Of a DNA stretch of 64,000 nt, positions 37,076 to 45,538 are shown one piece after another. The position numbers and the translations under genes were made by a program. This DNA is from Clostridia bacterium (GTDB taxonomy: Bacteria; Bacillota; Clostridia; UMGS1840): the NCBI GenBank assembly GCA_017625695.1, contig JAGAKI010000008.1, positions 16,331-80,330 on the forward strand, written 5' to 3'. The notes under the pieces were generated by a model. It saw only the letters and a program-made list of their open reading frames with translations. It was not told where the DNA came from and did no database searches. Each line of letters begins with the position of its first letter. The first letter of the stretch is position 1.

Positions 37076-39070
37076 ATGAAAAAAATGTTGAAGTCAGAAT
37101 GGGTGCTTTGTATCTTTTCGTTACCCGTGATATGGTTTCTTTTTTCCAGACTGGGTACCTTTCTTACAGATGTCACCGGCAGAGAATTACTGATATGCTA
37201 TCGCTGGATTGGCATGGTATTATCAGAACTTCTGATTGTTCTGTTTCGTAAACCTATTTCCCGATACTTGCAGAATGGAATGTCAAAGAAAGCGGGAAGC
37301 AGTATCTTTTTGGTTTCGTTTCTTTTGGCAATCCTTTTAAAGCCTGTGTTTTTACGTGGATGCACAGCAGATGGTGACTGGATTTGTCTTGTTGGTGCCG
37401 CACTCTTATTTGGGGGATTCCTGACGGTTTTATTTCGGAATTTCAGATATATGTCCGGCAGACTGAAAACGATATCGATTACAAAAGATGATCTCATCTT
37501 TGCGTCGGTTGTTCTGATTGTCATTAATCTGGCGGCAGTTTGTTACTGCAGTTTTCTAAGAAAGATTTTCACCTGGGACAATGCAGGTTACTTTACCAGT
37601 GTTCATCAGTTTGACCAACTGTTTCCGGGACTGTCTTATTGGAAAACGGTGTATCAGTCTGTGTTTACTACAGATTATAATTATGTTATTATGATACCCG
37701 CAAGTCTTTTTTGTAAACTCTTTGGAAAATCCAGACTGGTGTTTGTGCTTTCCATCATCAACTGCTATATCTATCCCATTTTGATGTTGATTTACGGTTG
37801 TGGGAAACGGTATTTTCAATTAAATCATTGGAAAATTATTTTTGTTTATCTGTGTCTACCGTATTTGCTGTTTGCTGCCAATACCGGTTTTATTGATGTA
37901 GGTGGTATTGTCCCGGTTTTATTAGCTTTGGTACTTTATTATTTCGGACGTGGAGAAAAACATGCCATTCTCATTGGTGTGCTGTTGGCATTTGGAGTGT
38001 ACTTAAGACGTTGGTATTCTTTTTTTGCACTAAGTTTTGTGATTACCGTGTTTTTTCACAGTTTGACGAAGAAACATCTGAAAGCTTTCTTTGAAATTTT
38101 AGGTTCCTTTTCCTTTGTATTATTGTTTTTTACCCAGGATTTTGTCAGCACCAAACTCATGGCAGATTACCGGCAGATTTACTCTGCCTATCAGCTTGGT
38201 ATCCGCACCGATGTGATGATTTTCACCCGCTACTTTGGCGTGGTGATGACGATTGCTGTATGTGCGTATGTCATTGCAAAACAAATCCGTTGTCATAAGA
38301 AACTGCAACCGGAAACCTTTGTGTTGTTGCAGACAATTCTGATGTTTTCACTGTTTGTAGGAGTTCAGACCCACGGACAACAGCATCTTTCTTTGTATAT
38401 TCCCGCCTTTTCAGTCCTGCTGTTATCTTTGATGAAACAGGTGAATCAAAGATTTGCCATTGTAACTGTGGCGGCACTTTCTGCCATTCAGACGGGGAAT
38501 ACATTCATTCCCCGAGTACAGCCTACCTCAATTCAAGGCATCAAACATGCAGCAGTATTTCCCAATTATTCTGCCTATCCGCCCGTGGATGAAAATGTAG
38601 GAAGTATTTTAGAAATTACCGAATATATGGACAAAGAAATCGGAGAAAAAGGGAAAACTGTCTGCTTTTTGGCATCTTCTTTAAACTTAAATTTTGAAAC
38701 CTTAAACAATGCAGAAATTTCCGTATCGGTGAAAAAACCGTCAGACATTGACAGAACGTCCTATTACTACAGCATTTCTGATGTGGATAAACGTGACGGA
38801 TTTTCCGAAAATTTACTCAAAACGGATTATATCTTAGTACCTTCTGCCTTACAGATTCATCTTGCTCAGGAAGAACAGCGGGTTATTTCCGTTCCGTATT
38901 ACGAAATCATAGAGAAATCGGGAATCGGCACTGCCTACGAAAAAGAAGAGGTTACCTTTCCTTTGGCAGATGGTACCGAAATTTATCTCTATCGGAAAAC
39001 CCGTGAGATTACTCCCGAGGAAATTGAAGCTTTGCGGGAAAGAATTTTTAGTCCCGTTCCCATAAACTAA
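37076..39070 (+). CDS. large polytopic membrane protein: ~13 TM helices plus a ~190-aa C-terminal soluble domain (664 aa); GT-C-like glycosyltransferase is one possibility
   Basis: An AAAGGAGA RBS is present. The layout (a long TM bundle with a large terminal domain) resembles the ArnT/PMT/GT-C fold classes. I could not confirm any catalytic motif. Confidence 0.75.
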   Translation: MKKMLKSEWVLCIFSLPVIWFLFSRLGTFLTDVTGRELLICYRWIGMVLSELLIVLFRKPISRYLQNGMSKKAGSSIFLVSFLLAILLKPVFLRGCTADGDWICLVGAALLFGGFLTVLFRNFRYMSGRLKTISITKDDLIFASVVLIVINLAAVCYCSFLRKIFTWDNAGYFTSVHQFDQLFPGLSYWKTVYQSVFTTDYNYVIMIPASLFCKLFGKSRLVFVLSIINCYIYPILMLIYGCGKRYFQLNHWKIIFVYLCLPYLLFAANTGFIDVGGIVPVLLALVLYYFGRGEKHAILIGVLLAFGVYLRRWYSFFALSFVITVFFHSLTKKHLKAFFEILGSFSFVLLFFTQDFVSTKLMADYRQIYSAYQLGIRTDVMIFTRYFGVVMTIAVCAYVIAKQIRCHKKLQPETFVLLQTILMFSLFVGVQTHGQQHLSLYIPAFSVLLLSLMKQVNQRFAIVTVAALSAIQTGNTFIPRVQPTSIQGIKHAAVFPNYSAYPPVDENVGSILEITEYMDKEIGEKGKTVCFLASSLNLNFETLNNAEISVSVKKPSDIDRTSYYYSISDVDKRDGFSENLLKTDYILVPSALQIHLAQEEQRVISVPYYEIIEKSGIGTAYEKEEVTFPLADGTEIYLYRKTREITPEEIEALRERIFSPVPIN

Positions 39071-39089
39071 AAAAATTATGAACGAAAAG

Positions 39090-39126
39090 GGCGTTGTCTT
39101 GCATTTTTGCAGGACACGCCTTTTTT
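39090..39126 (+). terminator. rho-independent terminator after the two membrane-protein genes
   Basis: An imperfect 12-bp stem (GGCGT-GTCTTGC / GCAGGACACGCC, one bulge and one G-U), a 6-nt loop, then TTTTTT. Confidence 0.7.
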
Positions 39127-39153
39127 GCTTGTGAAAAAAATTTTTAAAAACTA

Positions 39154-39182
39154 TAGACAAGCTGCTTTCTTTATGTTATAAT
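39154..39182 (+). promoter_or_regulatory. promoter upstream of the lipoprotein leader
   Basis: TAGACA (39154-39159), a 17-nt spacer, then an extended -10 TGTTATAAT (39174-39182). Confidence 0.5.
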
Positions 39183-39294
39183 AATAAATGCCAAATCAAT
39201 CAAATATTGTGCAGGAATGAGGTATATTTTTTGTGCCTTTTTTTTAAAATACTGTATATGATTGGTTTGGTGACAATCGGAGTTTGCGTTTTTT

Positions 39295-39323
39295 TGCGTC
39301 AACTGCGGTTGACGCATTTTTTT
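39295..39323 (+). terminator. intrinsic terminator inside the 5' leader of the lipoprotein gene
   Basis: A 9-bp perfect stem TGCGTCAAC/GTTGACGCA, loop TGCG, then seven T. It lies about 50 nt upstream of the ATG at 39374. Confidence 0.7.
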
Positions 39324-39373
39324 ATTGCAAAAAAATATTCCACATAATTTCAAACAGAAAGGAATCAAATACA

Positions 39374-40138
39374 ATGCAAAAACAATGGAGTGTAATATTT
39401 CTCATTGCTTTGTTTTGTGTAGTGTTGGCAGGTTGTGGTAATACCTCAGCACCGACAGCAATGCCTGAAAGCGTGACTTCACCAAACAATGAACAAAATG
39501 ATATTGTACCAACTGATGCTACATCGATTCCGGAACTGACCGTGACACCCGTTCCGGTAATTACCAGTGATGAAGATGCTATCAAACAGGTTGTTATTAC
39601 GTATGGTCAGGCTGTATTTGCTTGTGATGATAAAACAGCACAGGACTGCTTTTTACCCGGAATTTCACTAAAAAGTAGGGAAGAAGGCTATAAAGTATCT
39701 GCTGAACATGCAGTAAATAGTGGGAAAGTTGTTGAAACTGATGTCGATAGACTTGTTGCAATTCAAAAAAATTATAATAAGAATATCGGAAGTATGATCG
39801 TATATCAGGAATGGGATGTCTCCATTTCCGATGACACAGCAGTGGTAAAAGCACAGATAGATTATCCTCACGTGGATTATGAAAAGATTTATGTCGGAAC
39901 CACATCGCAAGAATTTCAGAATAATTTATATCGACAAATTTGTGGAATGGATGAGCAAACCGCAAAGAAAACGTTGTCTGCTGAAGAGTACAGTGACACA
40001 AACTTGAAGTTCTACGAACGTTGCTACGAGTTGGAATTAGAGAATATTTTGTATCGACGCTTACCGTTAACTTATCGCTTACAAAAAGTCGATGACAGAT
40101 GGTATATTACTTCTGAAGAAGCACCTTGGACAAATTAA
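39374..40138 (+). CDS. lipoprotein (NTF2/SnoaL-like fold suspected)
   Basis: ATG at 39374 follows AGAAAGGAA. A signal peptide with lipobox is present (FLIALFCVVLAGC). The ORF-track start at 39284 would read through the leader terminator. Confidence 0.8.
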   Translation: MQKQWSVIFLIALFCVVLAGCGNTSAPTAMPESVTSPNNEQNDIVPTDATSIPELTVTPVPVITSDEDAIKQVVITYGQAVFACDDKTAQDCFLPGISLKSREEGYKVSAEHAVNSGKVVETDVDRLVAIQKNYNKNIGSMIVYQEWDVSISDDTAVVKAQIDYPHVDYEKIYVGTTSQEFQNNLYRQICGMDEQTAKKTLSAEEYSDTNLKFYERCYELELENILYRRLPLTYRLQKVDDRWYITSEEAPWTN

Positions 40139-40166
40139 TCACTTATTGAGGCGTACTAAAACGATG

Positions 40167-40201
40167 AAAAAGCTGTATGAAAAATTTCATACAGCTTTTT
40201 G
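40167..40201. terminator. bidirectional terminator between convergent genes
   Basis: Stem AGCTGTATGA/TCATACAGCT with A-run and T-run flanks. Confidence 0.7.
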
Positions 40202-40216
40202 TACTATTACGGTTAA

Positions 40217-41002
40217 TTATTTCATTCTCTGGTTTAATGCCTCATAAATCATAATGCCGGCACAAACGGAAGCGTTTAAGGAGTTTACCTGCCCTAAAAT
40301 GGGGAGGCTTACCAGAGTGTCGCATTTTTGTTTCACGTGTTCGCTCATACCATAACCTTCGGAGCCGATGACAATAGCAAGAGGAACGGTCAAATCTGGG
40401 TCTTTGTAGGACATATTTGCTGATGCATCAGTTCCCACAATTAAAACACCTTGTTCTTTTAATTCTAAAATGGTGGAATTTAAGTTGGTAACCCTTGCGA
40501 TTTTCATATAGTTTACTGCACCGGCAGATGCTTTGTAAGCACCGCTGTTGACACCCGCGGCACGGCGTTTGGGAATGATGACACCGTCACAGCCTGCACA
40601 TTCGGCACTTCTTACGATAGCACCTAAGTTATGGGTATCTTCGATGCCGTCTAAGATTACCAAAAACGGATTTTTGCCTTTGTCGTAAGCAGACTGCAGA
40701 ATTTCTTCCACCGACACATATTTTGCCTGAGACACCGATGCAATTACACCCTGATGGTTTTTCACATCGCTCATACGGTCCAGCTTTCCTTTTTCCACAC
40801 GGGAAACGGGGATTTTTTTCTGGTTGGCAAGTTTGACAATTTGATATAAAATCGGGTCTTTGAAGTGATTCATCACATAGATTTTATCAATTTCGGTGCC
40901 TGCTTTCAACGCTTCCAACACCGGATTTCTACCCTCAATTTTGTCTTCGATACGCTCGTTTTCATTGAATTTTTTCATTTCTGCCATAGTTGGTTTCCTC
41001 AT
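40217..41002 (-). CDS. rlmB: SpoU/TrmH-family 23S rRNA 2'-O-methyltransferase (RlmB-like)
   Basis: An N-terminal SpoU-substrate-binding segment (EGRNPVLEAL) and SpoU motifs (LDGIEDTHNLGAIVRSA, IVIGSEGYGMS, LNASVCAGIMIYE). Confidence 0.8.
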   Translation of the reverse strand: MRKPTMAEMKKFNENERIEDKIEGRNPVLEALKAGTEIDKIYVMNHFKDPILYQIVKLANQKKIPVSRVEKGKLDRMSDVKNHQGVIASVSQAKYVSVEEILQSAYDKGKNPFLVILDGIEDTHNLGAIVRSAECAGCDGVIIPKRRAAGVNSGAYKASAGAVNYMKIARVTNLNSTILELKEQGVLIVGTDASANMSYKDPDLTVPLAIVIGSEGYGMSEHVKQKCDTLVSLPILGQVNSLNASVCAGIMIYEALNQRMK

Positions 41003-42135
41003 TCCTGAATATGATTATCATAGAGGGGCGCTTTTTCCAAATAAAACTTGGTGAAAGTGCCTTGTTCAATATGATGACGGATATCTGCCATCAGTTCATT
41101 ATAAAAATATAAATTATGCATAACGCAAAGCCGCATTGCCAGCATTTCTTTTGCCTTGAACAGATGTCTGATATAAGCTCTGGAAAAGTTACGGCAGGTG
41201 GGGCAATTACAGTTTTCGTCTATGGGACGATCGTCAGTCTCATATTTTTTGTTCATCAGATGCATAATGCCGTTTTTGGTGTAAATAGAAGCGTGACGCG
41301 CATTCCTTGCAGGCATCACACAGTCGAAGAAGTCAACTCCTCTTGCTACTGCATTTAAAATGTTGCCGGGAGTACCAACCCCCATCAGATAACGGGGTTT
41401 ATCTTTTGGCATATAAGGCATTACCGCTTCAATAATACGGTACATTTCTTCATGGGTTTCACCCACTGCAAGTCCGCCGATGGCATAACCGTCTAATTCC
41501 ATTTCGGCAATCTGCTTCATGTGTTCCACACGGATATCCTCATAGATACCGCCCTGGTTAATACCAAATAACAACTGATTGGGGTTCACGGTGTCGGGCA
41601 GGGAATTCAGACGTGCCATTTCTTTTTGGCACCGTTCCAACCAACGCACCGTCATTGCTGCAGAACGTTCTACATAACTGTGGGTAGACGGATTTTCCAC
41701 ACATTCGTCAAACGCCATGGCAATGGTGGAGCCTAAGTTGGACTGAATCTGCATGGACTGTTCCGGTCCCATAAAAATCCGACGTCCGTCAATGTGAGAA
41801 GCGAAGGTGACACCTTCTTCTTGGATTTTACGGAGTTTGGCAAGTGAAAAAATCTGAAATCCGCCGCTGTCAGTCAAAATCGGACGGTCCCAGTTCATAA
41901 ACTTATGAAGTCCGCCCATTTCTTTCACAACCTTATCACCGGGTCTTAAGTGAAGGTGATAAGTATTAGATAATTCCACCTGACAGCCGATATTCTTTAA
42001 ATCCAGGGCAGAAACTGCACCTTTGATGGCAGCAGCAGTCCCCACATTCATAAATACGGGTGTCTGAATGGTGCCGTGAACGGTTTTGAATTCGCCGCGT
42101 CTTGCTTCGCCTTCTTGTTTTAATAACTGATACAT
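40999..42135 (-). CDS. tgt: tRNA-guanosine(34) transglycosylase
   Basis: Canonical Tgt sequence features: FMNVGT, TDSGGFQ, LFGINQGG, and the Zn-site CNCPTCRNFSRAYIRH. Confidence 0.9.
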   Translation of the reverse strand: MYQLLKQEGEARRGEFKTVHGTIQTPVFMNVGTAAAIKGAVSALDLKNIGCQVELSNTYHLHLRPGDKVVKEMGGLHKFMNWDRPILTDSGGFQIFSLAKLRKIQEEGVTFASHIDGRRIFMGPEQSMQIQSNLGSTIAMAFDECVENPSTHSYVERSAAMTVRWLERCQKEMARLNSLPDTVNPNQLLFGINQGGIYEDIRVEHMKQIAEMELDGYAIGGLAVGETHEEMYRIIEAVMPYMPKDKPRYLMGVGTPGNILNAVARGVDFFDCVMPARNARHASIYTKNGIMHLMNKKYETDDRPIDENCNCPTCRNFSRAYIRHLFKAKEMLAMRLCVMHNLYFYNELMADIRHHIEQGTFTKFYLEKAPLYDNHIQE

Positions 42136-42150
42136 AATAAAAATAATCCT

Positions 42151-43245
42151 TTATACATTGAAACGGAACAGAATAATGTCGCCGTCTTTTACTACATAGT
42201 CTTTCCCTTCCGAACGAACCCAGCCTTTTTCTTTTGCAGCGATCATAGAACCTGCTTCAATGAGTTCGTCATAGCCGATTACTTCTGCACGAATGAAGCC
42301 ACGTTCAAAGTCGGAATGGATTTTACCTGCTGCACCGGGTGCTTTGGTACCGTTTACAATAGTCCATGCTCTGGTTTCGGGTTCTCCGGCGGTTAAGTAA
42401 GAGATTAAACCAAGTAAACTGTAGCTTGCCTGAATCAGACGGTCCAAGCCGGACTGTTCTAATCCCAATTCTTCTAAGAACATTGCTTTTTCTTCGTCAT
42501 CAAGCTCAGAAATTTCTGCTTCAATCTGTGCAGAAACGGGGATAACACTTGCGTTTTCTTTTTTTGCAAGTTCGGTTAAAAGCTTAAAGTATTCGTTGTT
42601 TTCGCCGCCTTGTTTTAAATCTTCTTCGGACAAGTTTGCAGCGTAGATTACAGGCTTTAAGGTCAGTAACGACAATTCTTTCAAGAGGTCTTTATCCTCA
42701 TCGGATAAACCGACTTCACGGGCGGTTTTTCCTTGTTCCATTTCGGATTTTAAGTGTTTTAATACGTCAATTTCCGTCTGATATTTTTTGTCACCCTTTA
42801 ACTGTTTGGTTGCACGCTCAATTCGTCTGTCGATAGAATCTAAGTCCGCAAAAATCAGTTCCATATTGATGATTTCAATATCACGGGCAGGGTCTACAGA
42901 CCCCTCTACATGAACGATGTTAGTGTTTTCAAAACATCTTACTACGTGGATAACAGCATCCACTTCACGGATGTGGGATAAGAATTTATTGCCCAGGCCT
43001 TCACCTTTGCTGGCACCTTTTACCAGACCTGCGATATCTACGAATTCGATAATGGCAGGTACGGTCTTTTTGGAGTTGTACATTTTGGTCAACACGTCCA
43101 GACGGGGGTCGGGAACGGTTACAATACCTACGTTGGGTTCAATGGTACAGAACGGGTAGTTCTGCGCTTCTGCACCTGCTTTGGTAATAGCGTTAAATAA
43201 GGTGGATTTTCCCACGTTGGGAAGTCCTACAATTCCTAATTTCAT
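42151..43245 (-). CDS. ychF: redox-regulated ATPase YchF
   Basis: MKLGIVGLPNVGKSTLFNA P-loop, the NVxxV G4-like motif and a C-terminal TGS domain (AWTIVNGTKAPGAAGKIHSDFERGFIRAEV). Confidence 0.9.
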   Translation of the reverse strand: MKLGIVGLPNVGKSTLFNAITKAGAEAQNYPFCTIEPNVGIVTVPDPRLDVLTKMYNSKKTVPAIIEFVDIAGLVKGASKGEGLGNKFLSHIREVDAVIHVVRCFENTNIVHVEGSVDPARDIEIINMELIFADLDSIDRRIERATKQLKGDKKYQTEIDVLKHLKSEMEQGKTAREVGLSDEDKDLLKELSLLTLKPVIYAANLSEEDLKQGGENNEYFKLLTELAKKENASVIPVSAQIEAEISELDDEEKAMFLEELGLEQSGLDRLIQASYSLLGLISYLTAGEPETRAWTIVNGTKAPGAAGKIHSDFERGFIRAEVIGYDELIEAGSMIAAKEKGWVRSEGKDYVVKDGDIILFRFNV

Positions 43246-43291
43246 TTTTTTAATATCCTTTTCTCTTTCAATTTCTTTTTTGGGGGTGGCG

Positions 43292-45463
43292 TTAGAACAG
43301 CTTTAGCTGTTTAAAGCCTTTATCTTCCATTCGCATAGAGCAACCGCTTAAAGGAATGGTTTTTCCTAAATAATATTCCGGTTCTTTGATACGGGTTTCA
43401 GACAGAAGAGCCGCTTTTTTTATTTTGGCATTTTTCAGTCGCATGGTTTGCACCCCGATAGTGTCACGGGTTGTTTTTAAGTTGACTAAAGAGGTGTTTA
43501 TTACCAGTGCTTTATCCATATTGGAGAAGAGTGCTAAGTCCACATCTTCCTGAAGTTTGAAGATTCTGATTATGGGCGATGCGTCGGAATATGCTTTAAT
43601 CAGACGTTTTCTGTTGGTTTTCGTCTGATAAGCAGATACAGGAACTTTAGCGGTTTTTCCGTTTTCAAACACAAAGAGGAAGAAGCCTTTGTAGTCACCG
43701 GTGGTGAACAGCTGAACGGGAACTTCGTCAGGCTCCATTTCCAGGAGCGACGGCAAGTATTCTCCGAAGTTTGACAGCTTAGTATCGGGAATTTCGTGAA
43801 TTTTTAATTTGTAGGCGTTAAACTGATTGGTAAATACCAAGATTTCGCCTAAGTTGGTTTCGTCGATTTCTAAGCTTACTTTGTCGCCGTCTTTTAATTT
43901 ATGCTCACCGCCTGTTTTTAAAGAAGTCAGACGGATTTTTTTGATGTAGTGCTGTTTGGTGATGAAGAGTTTTAAGTTGTAATCTTCGATTGCGGCATTG
44001 GCTTCATAATGGTCAACCTCACCTTCGGGAACAAAGGCGGTTTTTCGGTCTATTCCATATTTCTCTTTGATTTTTTCTAATTCCGCAATGATGATTTTTT
44101 TGATTTCTTCTTCGTGTTCCGCCGAATATTTCAGTTCTTTTAATTCTTTTTTCAGATCGTCTACATCGGCAATACGGTTTAAGATGTATTTTTTATTTAA
44201 GTTTCTTAACTTGATTTCTGCAATGAATTCTGCCTGCACCTCATCGATGCCAAAACCTGCCATCAGGTTGGGAACTACCATGCTGTCATCTTCAGTTTCA
44301 CGGATGATGGCAATGGCTTTGTCCAAGTCTAACAGGATTTTCTTCAATCCTTCCAAAAGATGCAGTTTTGCAGTCTTTTTCTTAATTTCGTGAAGCAGTC
44401 GGCGTCTGACGCAGTTGATACGGAATTTGGACCATTCCAAGATGATACCGCCTACGCCGTATACATCAGGCTCGTTGTTTACAATCAGGTTGAAGTTGCA
44501 ACCAAAACTGTCCTGAAGAGGCGTCATCTTATATAATTTCAGCATCAGAGCGTCCGGGTCCACCCCACGTTTCAAATCAATGGCGATTTTTAACCCTTTC
44601 AAGTCGGTTTCATCACGGACATCTGCAATTTCTTTGCTTAACTTTCCGCCTTTGATGTTTTCCACGATTTTATCAATGATTGCTTCGATGGTGGTGGTAT
44701 AGGGGATTTCCTTGATTTCAATAACATTTTCTTTTTTGTTATATTCATAAGACCCACGGATTTTAAAGGAACCTCTGCCGGTTGCTAAGATTTCTTTCAT
44801 TGCTTCGGGTTCGCAGATAATGGTTCCTCCGGTGGGGAAGTCGGGTGCGGTGATGATTTCATAAATGTCTGCATCCTCGTCTTTTAAGTAAGCAATGGTG
44901 GCATCGCAGACTTCTCTTAAGTTGAAGGAACAGATGTTGGATGCCATCCCAACCGCAATCCCCTGATTTGCACCGGTCAACACGGTGGGGAAGGTGACGG
45001 GAAGCAACACCGGTTCTTTCATGGTACCGTCATAGTTATCCACGAAGTCTACCGTGTCGGAATCAATATCACGGAATAACTCGTTGCAGATGGGGTCTAA
45101 TTTTACTTCTGTATAACGAGAGGCAGCATACGCCATATCACGGGAATAAACTTTCCCGAAGTTTCCTTTGGAGTCTACCAAAGGATGTAATAACGCTTCG
45201 TTCCCACGGGTCAGACGTACCATGGTTTCATAAATGGCGGCATCACCGTGAGGGTTTAACTGCATGGTTCTGCCCACAACGTTGGCAGACTTGATTTTCT
45301 GGGAATTAATCAGTCCCATTTTATACATGGTATATAACAGCTTACGGTGAGAGGGCTTAAAACCGTCTATTTCCGGAATTGCACGGGAGATAATGACACT
45401 CATGGCATAAGGCATATAGTTGGTTCGTAAGGTCTCGGTAATGGGCTGTTCTCTATGATTCAA
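43292..45463 (-). CDS. parC: type IIA topoisomerase subunit A (ParC-like)
   Basis: YMPYAMSVIISRAIPEIDGFKPSHRK and an active-site region (AASRYTE). I found no GyrA-box (QRRGGKG-like) in the C-terminal domain. The start is TTG, 9 nt after AAGGAG. Confidence 0.75.
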   Translation of the reverse strand: MNHREQPITETLRTNYMPYAMSVIISRAIPEIDGFKPSHRKLLYTMYKMGLINSQKIKSANVVGRTMQLNPHGDAAIYETMVRLTRGNEALLHPLVDSKGNFGKVYSRDMAYAASRYTEVKLDPICNELFRDIDSDTVDFVDNYDGTMKEPVLLPVTFPTVLTGANQGIAVGMASNICSFNLREVCDATIAYLKDEDADIYEIITAPDFPTGGTIICEPEAMKEILATGRGSFKIRGSYEYNKKENVIEIKEIPYTTTIEAIIDKIVENIKGGKLSKEIADVRDETDLKGLKIAIDLKRGVDPDALMLKLYKMTPLQDSFGCNFNLIVNNEPDVYGVGGIILEWSKFRINCVRRRLLHEIKKKTAKLHLLEGLKKILLDLDKAIAIIRETEDDSMVVPNLMAGFGIDEVQAEFIAEIKLRNLNKKYILNRIADVDDLKKELKELKYSAEHEEEIKKIIIAELEKIKEKYGIDRKTAFVPEGEVDHYEANAAIEDYNLKLFITKQHYIKKIRLTSLKTGGEHKLKDGDKVSLEIDETNLGEILVFTNQFNAYKLKIHEIPDTKLSNFGEYLPSLLEMEPDEVPVQLFTTGDYKGFFLFVFENGKTAKVPVSAYQTKTNRKRLIKAYSDASPIIRIFKLQEDVDLALFSNMDKALVINTSLVNLKTTRDTIGVQTMRLKNAKIKKAALLSETRIKEPEYYLGKTIPLSGCSMRMEDKGFKQLKLF

Positions 45464-45538
45464 AGGGATTCACTCCTTTTTTGATTACTAAATAACGGAA
45501 TAACTTAAAATAGAAAAATTTTTGAAATACCAAAAAAA

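Noticed and set aside
39284-39373. ORF-track N-terminal extension of the lipoprotein gene
   Set aside because: The extension is translated through the leader terminator hairpin. The ATG at 39374 has a proper RBS and is followed immediately by a signal peptide and lipobox.
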